Below are positions 56,174 through 64,000 of a stretch of DNA of 64,000 nucleotides, in pieces; the stretch's first letter is position 1; each line of letters opens with the position of its first letter. This stretch comes from Veleropilina oligotropha. Taxonomy: Eukaryota. Below the pieces are notes generated by a model. That model did no database searches. It saw only the letters and a program-made list of their open reading frames with translations, and had not been told where the DNA came from. The stretch covers positions 1 through 64,000 of the forward strand of contig JBEUKZ010000061.1 of the NCBI GenBank assembly GCA_048128005.1. The letters are read 5' to 3'. The translations under genes and the position numbers were made by a program.

Positions 56174-57488
56174 CCCACTGTCTAGCGGCAATAAGAAGCA
56201 AGCCCCCAACTGATATGACCAGTGCCCACAGGTTTTCGGCGAGCCACGACGCAGTCTTGCCAATCAGGTTGATTAGCCAGGAGACCAGGCTTCCAAGTAT
56301 TCCTGGGAGCGCGGCTGCGGCCTTCCCTGCTAGTTTGCCCAGAATCCGACCCAGGGTCTTCAGCTGCTTTTTTACCCACTCCTTGACCCCGCCCTGACCA
56401 CTGGGAGGTGGTGGTGGCGTTGGCGGGCTTGTTGCTCCACCTGTCAGGGCTAGTACCAAAGTCGAGATGGCGAGCCCGATAGCGGTGAGTATTGTTGCGA
56501 TCGTGACCCCTTGCTCGCGGAACAGGGTCCGGATACGCTCGGCCAGCGTTGTGTCGGTGTTCAGGATCCGACTTATCATCTCTCGGATCCGGCTGATTTG
56601 AGAGCGAAGGGCCTCCCGGCTTGATGAGGCTGCCTCTAGGCGAGCTGCTCTTTCATCATTCAGGTCGCGCAGACGTTCCGCGATCCGTCGACGGATGAAC
56701 TCATCCACACCGCCCTCTTCATCTGCCTGATCGAGCTTCATCTTCTCCAGCTCTATGTGTTCATCCAGCGCCGTTAGCTTGGCTAAGTTGTTCGTGAGTT
56801 CGCCTCGGATGGTCTGCATCGCCTTATCAAGCCCACGAAGCTCACGAAGATTGAATGGAGGGACATGGTCCCCCTCCATTGAGTTCAAGAACTCTTCAAC
56901 CTCAGCATCGGTGAACGCCGTCTCCATGTTGTGGATTGCTTCTGAGGCCTTTGTCGCGGTCTGCCCCAAATCCTGAAGTTCCATAGTGTCGACATTAGCG
57001 GCCGCGCCGCTCAACTCGTTGTCGGCTGTCTGAAGAGCTGCAACCGCTTTTGAGGACGGCTTTTGTCCCCCCCGCGTCCAGTGTACAAAACCCAACCCTT
57101 CACGGATTGCATCACCCCCACCAGGCCGGCCAGCTATTGTTGACAACGCCAAGGGGTTGCCGGTGCGAGAATTTATGAGATTGATGTCGGGGTAGTCCGT
57201 CATCACCAATTTCCCCCCCCTCCCTAATTTTCCCCTCACATACTTGAATTTTGAATAATCTCGCCCTGCCGCGGGGGTCTGCCCCTCCTGTGCCAGGGCT
57301 TTGTAGTAGTCGTCAACCACGCCCTGAACGAGCTCTTGCTGAAGACTGCTGGTTCCTTCCTGTGGCCGTTCCGAAAGAACAGGCATAAACCGGTCGGTGG
57401 ATAGATCCACATCAGTATCGTCGATGATGGTATCATCGTTGTCGATGAGATCGTCCGGCTCGAATGCGGGGTTCTCGAATTCCGCCAT
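56166..57488 (-). CDS. 440 aa coiled-coil protein with C-terminal hydrophobic/amphipathic helices
   Basis: Acidic N-terminus with FENPAF, heptad region, TM segment, poly-Pro, amphipathic helix, second TM. Confidence 0.8.
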   Translation of the reverse strand: MAEFENPAFEPDDLIDNDDTIIDDTDVDLSTDRFMPVLSERPQEGTSSLQQELVQGVVDDYYKALAQEGQTPAAGRDYSKFKYVRGKLGRGGKLVMTDYPDINLINSRTGNPLALSTIAGRPGGGDAIREGLGFVHWTRGGQKPSSKAVAALQTADNELSGAAANVDTMELQDLGQTATKASEAIHNMETAFTDAEVEEFLNSMEGDHVPPFNLRELRGLDKAMQTIRGELTNNLAKLTALDEHIELEKMKLDQADEEGGVDEFIRRRIAERLRDLNDERAARLEAASSSREALRSQISRIREMISRILNTDTTLAERIRTLFREQGVTIATILTAIGLAISTLVLALTGGATSPPTPPPPPSGQGGVKEWVKKQLKTLGRILGKLAGKAAAALPGILGSLVSWLINLIGKTASWLAENLWALVISVGGLLLIAARQWVT

Positions 57489-57524
57489 TTGAATACATCA
57501 GTGGGATACGCATCTAATTCAGCC

Positions 57525-58826
57525 ATGACTAGCGTATACGGACGCAAGCTTAATCCATACCGCAGGCTGCGTGAGCCCCTCGCAGTCAAGGGCATCCGCC
57601 AGTCGGTCACGATTACAAACAATCCATCAACGATTGCCCCGAACCAGCAGCTCCTGGTTCGGTTCCCTAATCTCGGGGCGAATGACGTGATCGTTCCAGG
57701 GACTGCCCACCTTGCATTTACCATCTCACTGACCTCGGTAAATGCGAATAGGACTGTAGTGCAAAATATCGGCCGTGCCGTGATCAGAAAGACCACGATA
57801 AAGATAAGTGGAAACGAGATCATGTCGATTGACGACTCCGACGTGTACCACTGCTACTGCGATCTCTGGAAGACCACCGGGGAGCGCAAGAACGCCCAGT
57901 ACCAGGGGATTGATACCAGCGATGGGCACAACACTACGAAGCATCGTGTTGGTGCGGCAGACGCCTTTAGACTGTCTGAGGATGTCGCGGTCGCGGCCGC
58001 GTACGGTAACCGATTCCGCATCCCGCTGGATTTCGAGCTGTTGGAAAGTCACATGCCATTCTATCAAAGCGCCCTTGGAGACCGTCTCGAGTATGAGCTA
58101 ACGTTCAACGACTACTCCCGGACTATCCGGGAGACGGACGACTCCGGTTCCAGCTATTCCATCGACAATATATCCCTCGAATATGACATGGTAACCCAAT
58201 CCGAGCTTGCCAGACGGATTCGAAATCAATACCAGGGTCAACTCGTAATCCTGTACGACCGTGTTCTCCGGCATCGGAAGCTCACCCTAGACAAGAGCGA
58301 CTCGTTGTGGAATATGAATGTGAACGTACCGGCGAGGTCGATGAAAGGAATACTACTGTTGTTCGAGGACCCTGCGAGAGACGCCGCGCCATTCTCTCGC
58401 GATACTGAGGCCTTCTATAATCCGAAGATCACAAAGGTCGAGGTCACAATCGAGGGTGTCCCGAATCAAATCTACAGCCAGGGCATGCGAACATACCAGA
58501 TCTGGGAAGAAGCCAAGAAAATGTTCGCCTCCGGCTGCAGCAAGCGGCATCCTGAGGTCGCGATGGTCGCAAAGGACTTGGAGATGGCAGACGTCACCCT
58601 GGGCGAATTTCTGACTAAGAAATTTGCGCTCTGGATCGATATGCGGGTAACTGACGACGATCAGTTGCACGGGTCAGGCCGGAGGGTCGAGAACGCCAGC
58701 GAAGGCATTACTATTCAGATCACTAAAACAGCCGAAGCGGCCGGTCCACTGAACGTCTACGAGTTCGTGATCATGGACGCACAGCTGAATATCGAGAATG
58801 GCCGATTCGTCGAAGCACTGTACTAA
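57525..58826 (+). CDS. Putative major capsid protein (double jelly roll)
   Basis: 433 aa from the first ATG; beta-strand-rich with FRIPLDF and LEYELTFN motifs; immediately upstream of the packaging ATPase. The fold is inferred, not computed. Confidence 0.7.
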   Translation: MTSVYGRKLNPYRRLREPLAVKGIRQSVTITNNPSTIAPNQQLLVRFPNLGANDVIVPGTAHLAFTISLTSVNANRTVVQNIGRAVIRKTTIKISGNEIMSIDDSDVYHCYCDLWKTTGERKNAQYQGIDTSDGHNTTKHRVGAADAFRLSEDVAVAAAYGNRFRIPLDFELLESHMPFYQSALGDRLEYELTFNDYSRTIRETDDSGSSYSIDNISLEYDMVTQSELARRIRNQYQGQLVILYDRVLRHRKLTLDKSDSLWNMNVNVPARSMKGILLLFEDPARDAAPFSRDTEAFYNPKITKVEVTIEGVPNQIYSQGMRTYQIWEEAKKMFASGCSKRHPEVAMVAKDLEMADVTLGEFLTKKFALWIDMRVTDDDQLHGSGRRVENASEGITIQITKTAEAAGPLNVYEFVIMDAQLNIENGRFVEALY

Positions 58827-59430
58827 ACGATTTCCGCACACAAAGGACCCCCACTCCGCAATCATCTGCGGCCAGACGGGCTGTGGGAAGACGGTTTTCA
58901 TGCTTGAACTGCTGGAAGGGGAGTATCGAGGCGTCTTCCGGCATATCGTGGTCCTCTGCCCCACGATCAAGTACAACAAAGCATACCAGTCTTGTCCGTG
59001 GATCTGGACCGACCCTGAGGTGTATTTAGTCCCCCCGGGTGAGCGACTCCATGACTGGCTGCGGGGGTTCTACCGACTGTTTCAGGGGGAATCAACTTTA
59101 TATATCATCGACGACTGCGCCGCGAGCAAGGCTATGGCAAAGAGGAGGGACATGCTGACTTTGTTGGCCTTCAGCGGCAGGCATGCTTCCCAGAGCGTAT
59201 GGGTAGTGACGCAAAAGTACAACTCGGTCTTGAAGGAGCTCAGAGAGCAGACCCGCTGGGTCGCGCTGTTCCATTGCAAGGACCGCGACAGTTTCGAGGA
59301 CTGTCTGCGCGAGAACGATGTAATCCCGTCGCAGGATGAACGGACCGAGGTTCGCCGGCTGTTGGCCGAGACACGACACGCTAAGCTTCTGTTGAAAACT
59401 GATCAGCCCGTTGCTTATAGTGTGCTATAG
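58798..59430 (+). CDS. FtsK/HerA (A32-like) genome packaging ATPase
   Basis: Walker A GQTGCGKT, Walker B YIIDD, arginine finger SGRH, VVTQ motif. Confidence 0.92.
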   Translation: MADSSKHCTKRFPHTKDPHSAIICGQTGCGKTVFMLELLEGEYRGVFRHIVVLCPTIKYNKAYQSCPWIWTDPEVYLVPPGERLHDWLRGFYRLFQGESTLYIIDDCAASKAMAKRRDMLTLLAFSGRHASQSVWVVTQKYNSVLKELREQTRWVALFHCKDRDSFEDCLRENDVIPSQDERTEVRRLLAETRHAKLLLKTDQPVAYSVL

Positions 59431-59441
59431 CTACCCAGCAG

Positions 59442-60233
59442 ATGCTAAGTAGCTGCCCAGCAAGCTCTCGCATGTCGGACGCTGTATATCTAGCTTTTGC
59501 TTTCAGCCAGAGCCTGATCTTGCTCCTACTCGCTACATTGTGGTATTGGATTTACAGTTATATTAGACCGGTGAGGCGATGCTGGAAACGCTTCAGGATG
59601 GACAGCCTCATCGATCAACTCATGGATGACGAACAAGAAACGACCATCAACAGCTGTCGCTTGACTCCCGATGGCAAGGAACCTGTCAGTAACAGTGGAG
59701 TCGCAAGTTCCGTTTGCGCGGCAAAGCGTGAGAGGCTTGCAGCCTTAGCCGTTGGAGGACAGGCCCACCGATACATGGGGCGTAACCTCACAGTGGACCG
59801 GATAGACGACATGACTGACGACGAGGTCGAAAAGCACTACGCACGGTATGAAGTGAGGTTAGGTGCGGAGATGACGAAGACCCTGGGGACTGCAGCTATA
59901 AACCTCTATGCGGGGGCAGCTGGGATGCTCTTGCCCATCCCACCACAAAATCAGCTACGTTTGATCGCTGACCTCGAGGCCGACCCTTTCATCTCACATG
60001 CGCTGTGCACTGCAAGCTGTGAGCTGTATCACAAGTACGGCATGTACCTCGCACCGCTGACCGCAGCGTTGACCACGGCTAAGCACTGCCGATTTGGACA
60101 CGTCTGCCCGCCTAAAATACCAGAGCGAGATCAAGATGACAACGCAGGAAGTGGACCAAACGATGTCGAGCCAGCCGATCGAGAGCCAGCCGATAGAGAG
60201 GGTGACTTCATCGACAGACTCATCAGTGAGTAA
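59442..60233 (+). CDS. Hypothetical protein (up to 263 aa; start uncertain)
   Basis: Intact ORF with an N-terminal hydrophobic segment. Confidence 0.65.
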   Translation: MLSSCPASSRMSDAVYLAFAFSQSLILLLLATLWYWIYSYIRPVRRCWKRFRMDSLIDQLMDDEQETTINSCRLTPDGKEPVSNSGVASSVCAAKRERLAALAVGGQAHRYMGRNLTVDRIDDMTDDEVEKHYARYEVRLGAEMTKTLGTAAINLYAGAAGMLLPIPPQNQLRLIADLEADPFISHALCTASCELYHKYGMYLAPLTAALTTAKHCRFGHVCPPKIPERDQDDNAGSGPNDVEPADREPADREGDFIDRLISE

Positions 60234-60627
60234 AAAGGACCCGAAAAAAGTGGCTGCAGGTCGGGCCGGCGCTGCTGCTCGAAAAGCCAAGCAGGAGAAG
60301 CTACTGGCCGCGGTTCGAAAAATGAAAGAAGACCTGAGTGCCCCAACAAGTGTTGTCGTTCCATCAGAACAGCCCGGGGAGGCGGTTCCAGCCGCAGAAA
60401 GACCACGTGCGCCAGATACACGGAAATCGGACCTATTTAATTGGACCCAGGTAGCCGTCGCTGCCGGTACGGTTGCGTTGGTATTTGTTGTCTGGAAGAC
60501 GTCCTCAGAACGCAGCAACCCTGGTCCATCCACACCACATCAACAGCCACCAGACGCGGATGCTCGGTGCTCTCGGGCCGCCCCCACTATCGAATTGAAG
60601 AAGCAGAACCCTTTTCATATGCAATAG
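60136..60627 (+). CDS. Hypothetical protein with basic KKDPKKVAAGRAGA motif and one TM
   Basis: ORF from the first ATG (MTTQEVDQ); TM VAVAAGTVALVFVVW. Confidence 0.65.
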   Translation: MTTQEVDQTMSSQPIESQPIERVTSSTDSSVSKKDPKKVAAGRAGAAARKAKQEKLLAAVRKMKEDLSAPTSVVVPSEQPGEAVPAAERPRAPDTRKSDLFNWTQVAVAAGTVALVFVVWKTSSERSNPGPSTPHQQPPDADARCSRAAPTIELKKQNPFHMQ

Positions 60628-60652
60628 TCGCAAACGGTACTAATCAACAGTT

Positions 60653-60892
60653 ATGACTACCCCAATCACTGATGGAAAGATGCTCGGCAACGCTGTATAC
60701 CACGCCGCTATAGTGTCAGGCCTCGCCATTGGCTACGCACGCCTGACAAAGATGGTATTCAAGGGAGCGAGCCCCAAACTGGACTTCACGGGCTACGATG
60801 TCGGGATGGTCGTCCTCGACGTAGCGCTCGCCATGGCGACGAAAGACATGCTGATCAAGCAAGGCATCATTCCGGCCGATATATTGAAGTAG
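60653..60892 (+). CDS. Small hydrophobic protein (79 aa)
   Basis: Two hydrophobic segments; co-oriented and tightly packed. Confidence 0.7.
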   Translation: MTTPITDGKMLGNAVYHAAIVSGLAIGYARLTKMVFKGASPKLDFTGYDVGMVVLDVALAMATKDMLIKQGIIPADILK

Positions 60893-60923
60893 TGGGACCT
60901 TGCTAGATAATCGCAGCATTTCA

Positions 60924-61355
60924 ATGGCTTCCATTGCGATGCTGGTTGGGGGCGCTCTCGTCAACGCCCTCGCCTTCAGCGGCTCGAACTTCCTCTTCTC
61001 GAAGCTACGCAGCTCCGGTGTCGATGCGGAGCGTAAACGCCACGACATTGCTGTAGAACAGCTCAACGCTGCTCAGACTAAATGGTCACAACAGAGGGCA
61101 GAGCGTCTCGACTGGCTGAACGTTGAACTTCGCCGCCAGGGTCATGCCGTTGGGACATTCCGAGATGTTGACGCCGCGATCCGTGAGTATGCATTGATCA
61201 CCGGCAAGAACCTTGACCCCACCGCTGTGGGAGGTGGCCCTGAGCCCCAGCTGTCTGACTACTACACACCGAGCGATGCCCAGAAGGGACGTGAGATCAC
61301 CTTCATCATCCTGGGGATGGCTGCGACCGGGTTGGTAGCCTACAAGCTCGCCTAA
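60924..61355 (+). CDS. Small membrane protein with N- and C-terminal hydrophobic segments
   Basis: MASIAMLVGGALVNALAFSGSNFLF...FIILGMAATGLVAYKL. Confidence 0.7.
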   Translation: MASIAMLVGGALVNALAFSGSNFLFSKLRSSGVDAERKRHDIAVEQLNAAQTKWSQQRAERLDWLNVELRRQGHAVGTFRDVDAAIREYALITGKNLDPTAVGGGPEPQLSDYYTPSDAQKGREITFIILGMAATGLVAYKLA

Positions 61356-61395
61356 TTATTTCCAGTGGACATTTTTTTCGTGGGCATGTATAGTA

Positions 61396-61617
61396 ATGGG
61401 GCTCCCAGAAGAGCTGTACTGCGCTATGCTTGCGGTCGGCTATAGTACTACGTTACTCGACTGCTGGCGCCGCGACGAAAAGACTATGGTGCGGTTCGCG
61501 GTCCTGGTGCTCTCGGGCCCGACCAACCTACGGGAGACGACTGCGCAGCGACCGGCTCCGGAAGCTGAAGCCTGTTGGAGACTGATCAGTTTACTGGAAT
61601 ACATTGCTGATGGATAG
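61396..61617 (+). CDS. Hypothetical protein (73 aa)
   Basis: Fills the gap before the integrase. Confidence 0.35.
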   Translation: MGLPEELYCAMLAVGYSTTLLDCWRRDEKTMVRFAVLVLSGPTNLRETTAQRPAPEAEACWRLISLLEYIADG

Positions 61618-62608
61618 TAAGCTTGCGAGGATATACTACAGCCCTAAGGGCTACTGGAAAGGCATTGCCGCGATAAAGAAACTAGCGGAGGCTGCCAAGG
61701 CGTCTGAAATGGAGGCCCGGACATGGCTTAAGAGGCAGGCTATATGGCAGATCTATTTACCTGCGCCACGGCGGATTCCAAGACCAAAATTCGACGTCGT
61801 AACGCCAAACGAGGTTCACCAAGCCGACCTCCTGTTTCTCCCCCATGACAAGGTCGGCCGTAAAACCTATAAGTACGCTTTGACTGTGGTTGATGTGGCC
61901 AGTCGCTTTAAAGAAGCTGAGCCTCTGGCCACAAAAGAGGCCAAAGGGGTTGCTGAAGCTCTGTCTCGAATCTACAGGCGGAGTCCTCTTAGCTGGCCGA
62001 AATTGCTTCAGGTTGATCCAGGGCGAGAGTTCATGGGGACGGTCTCCCAGCTGCTGGCAAATAATAATGTCGAGGTTAGGCGTGGCCGTGTGGATCTCCA
62101 TCGCGATCAAGGGATCGTGGAGCGCTTCAACCGGACGCTCGCTGAGCGGCTCTTCGGGCACCAGTATGCAACAGAGATGAGTTTTACAGGGTCTGCGAAA
62201 GAGGGTCAAAGGTCAACTGAGTGGGTCGCCAGGCTGCCCGCCGTTGTTGCGGCGTTGAATGGGGAAGTGACCAGGCTGACCAGTAAAAAGCCCAAGGACG
62301 CCATCAAGGCACCTCGCGTTGCACAAAATCCTTCTTCCACTGTTCCAGGCCGACAGGGGAAGGAACAGAAACTCCCCTCTGACGTAGATGTTCGATACCT
62401 ATACCAACCCGGTGAGTTGGAGGGTGGTCGCCGGCGAGCGACTGACCCGGTGTGGTCTCTAAAAGTGCACAGGCTTGGACGCTCTGTCACTAAACCTGAC
62501 GAGCCTGTGCTCTACTACTTGCTTGATGGACCACCGCGTGGGTTCGTTCGTGAGGAACTTCTCGTGGTGCCTCGTGACACCCAACTGCCGCCGGTTCTCA
62601 GGCGTTAA
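61610..62608 (+). CDS. Retroviral-type (rve) DDE integrase, Polinton c-int
   Basis: HQADLLF, YALTVVDVASRF, LQVDPGREF, GIVERFNRTL; intact; ATG at 61610. Confidence 0.95.
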   Translation: MDSKLARIYYSPKGYWKGIAAIKKLAEAAKASEMEARTWLKRQAIWQIYLPAPRRIPRPKFDVVTPNEVHQADLLFLPHDKVGRKTYKYALTVVDVASRFKEAEPLATKEAKGVAEALSRIYRRSPLSWPKLLQVDPGREFMGTVSQLLANNNVEVRRGRVDLHRDQGIVERFNRTLAERLFGHQYATEMSFTGSAKEGQRSTEWVARLPAVVAALNGEVTRLTSKKPKDAIKAPRVAQNPSSTVPGRQGKEQKLPSDVDVRYLYQPGELEGGRRRATDPVWSLKVHRLGRSVTKPDEPVLYYLLDGPPRGFVREELLVVPRDTQLPPVLRR

Positions 62609-64000
62609 CAACCGCAAATCCTCTTTTTCGGTTACATTCAAGGCACGTTAAGCGCACGTTGTCGCGGATGTGGCCCCTGCGGTTGTCCACACGGTCGACA
62701 CTGAACTGCTGTGTGTCTTTGGGCTGGTAGGCCCAGAGCAGCTCTATGTTACATGCTGCGCATCGGTTGTTTTGGGCCTCTCTGAGCCGCAGGATGTCGT
62801 CGACCTTGAGGTTAAACCCCGGGAGTCCCTTTGCCTGGTCCTGGCGCATGTATGCCACGAGCTTCCTCTGGATGGTTTTTCGGAGCTGCTGCTTGCTCTG
62901 CTGCGCTTGGGGCGGCCTGTCCTCAGAACCCTCATCTGGAGGACAGGTTACCCGCTCGAGCTGATGCAGATACTCCACCCGGGACACGGCTAGGTAGGCG
63001 AGATTACTCCACTGAAGGTAGTCGTCGATGATCCAGACTTTCTGTGGGTCGTGAATGGTAAGACCCTGGCTCGAATGGATGGTGAGAGCATAGCCCAGGC
63101 GCCAATCCGGGGTCAGGATAGCCTGCTCAGCGGCCTCAATCGTGACCTCAACGACGTCGTTGAGAACTAGCTCCTCTCTTTCATCGGTGCCCGGAATGGT
63201 TACCATGATATTTTGCTTACGGGTGTCCCTGGGGTGATAAAGGATAGGTACCGGGGAGTCTGGGAAGTGCTCCTTGTGCCTCTGGAGCAACAGCTGTTGA
63301 GCCCGTTCGCGGACCTTCTGACGGCTGGTGAGGATTAGGTCGCCTGGCCTCCAGGTGTTGACAAACCGATCCCATCCAAGGCAGCTGGGGAGACTCTTAC
63401 GCATTTCCCTGCACTGGATTTTGTCGGGCTGGAGACGTATACGTCTTTTCAGGGCTTTGAGGGCAGGGTCGTCTTTCGCCCTGTAGTCTACTTCGATCTC
63501 CTCATAGTAGTCCGCGGTCTGTCGCAGCCAATCGTGCGGCATCTCGCCCGTAATCGGTGGTGGCTGGCCCTGATCGCCACAGCAGATAACCTGAACTTCG
63601 TGGTGGCCCAGCCAGTCCAAGAACATCTCGAGGATAGGCCGGGGAACAGTACAGACCTCGTCCCAGATAATGAGGGGGATGAACTTCTGACCCATGCGGT
63701 CGGGTGTCCAGTCAGTCTGGCCGCTCCATCGGAAGAAACTGTGGTAGGTCTGGGCTTTGACGCCTCTGGTTCGCATCTCTTTAGCGAGGCGGTGGGTTGG
63801 CGTGAATACAATGGGATTCCTTGCCCGGAAGAGCTCGATCGCTCTCGTAGTCTTGCCACAGCCCCCTCCACCATTGAGGTAACTCAGGCGATGGTGGGTC
63901 AGCGTGTCATTGTAGCAAGGCGCGGTGCTTGGCTGGCTGGAATTGGCGGCACAACAATACTCTGGCTTGGGCAGGTATGCGGCATGTTCCTGTGGCAGGT
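62598..64000 (-). CDS. SF1 (Pif1/RecD-like) helicase with C-terminal HNH-like domain; 5' end beyond the window
   Basis: Frame open to the window edge: GGGGCGKT, IIWDE, GDQGQ, TIHSSQGLT, YLAVSR; tail CAAC...SVDRVDNRRGH...NVRLTCLECN. Confidence 0.9.
   Translation of the reverse strand, partial: LPQEHAAYLPKPEYCCAANSSQPSTAPCYNDTLTHHRLSYLNGGGGCGKTTRAIELFRARNPIVFTPTHRLAKEMRTRGVKAQTYHSFFRWSGQTDWTPDRMGQKFIPLIIWDEVCTVPRPILEMFLDWLGHHEVQVICCGDQGQPPPITGEMPHDWLRQTADYYEEIEVDYRAKDDPALKALKRRIRLQPDKIQCREMRKSLPSCLGWDRFVNTWRPGDLILTSRQKVRERAQQLLLQRHKEHFPDSPVPILYHPRDTRKQNIMVTIPGTDEREELVLNDVVEVTIEAAEQAILTPDWRLGYALTIHSSQGLTIHDPQKVWIIDDYLQWSNLAYLAVSRVEYLHQLERVTCPPDEGSEDRPPQAQQSKQQLRKTIQRKLVAYMRQDQAKGLPGFNLKVDDILRLREAQNNRCAACNIELLWAYQPKDTQQFSVDRVDNRRGHIRDNVRLTCLECNRKRGFAVVNA

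Larger units (their letters stand above)
52165..64000. mobile_element. Polinton/Maverick-like endogenous virus, left part; continues beyond the window
   Basis: Abrupt switch to GC-rich, intron-less, tightly packed ORFs; integrase plus packaging ATPase plus capsid-like ORFs plus helicase; AG-starting terminus-like motif. Confidence 0.9.

Noticed and set aside
55096..63031. Many short antisense or alternate-frame ORFs inside the Polinton-like element
   Set aside because: Shadow ORFs of longer motif-bearing genes in GC-rich DNA
52165..64000. Bacterial prophage or contamination
   Set aside because: The rve integrase and A32-type ATPase fit eukaryotic Polinton-like elements, and the junction falls cleanly inside a host DIRS ORF; read-level confirmation was not possible
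52165..64000. Claim that the element definitely lacks pPolB and protease
   Set aside because: The element is truncated by the window edge, so absence cannot be established

Overview
Animal genomic DNA, AT-rich and repeat-dense; the repeat types suggest a mollusc or other lophotrochozoan, which is an inference. The one host gene is a BMP-type R-Smad (Smad1/5/Mad) on the minus strand. Four coding exons are visible (28640-28810, 26432-26578, 24164-24385, 21527-21927). I found no MH1 exon, so everything from 28811 to the window end is probably one >35 kb intron. That region holds nested mobile elements. There are two related DIRS1-type tyrosine-recombinase retroelements; one has both ends but is internally deleted and carries hAT-like and MITE insertions. 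The second is interrupted from about 52165 by a GC-rich, gene-dense, apparently intact Polinton/Maverick-like endogenous virus that runs off the window. Its visible part encodes putative major and minor capsid proteins, an A32-type packaging ATPase, an rve integrase and an SF1 helicase fused to an HNH-like domain. It also encodes several membrane proteins carrying late-domain-like and trafficking-like motifs, and a secreted cysteine-rich protein. No pPolB or cysteine protease is visible so far. The left third contains two Tc1/mariner elements (one intact), SINEs, MITEs, Helentron-like tandem-repeat elements and microsatellites.
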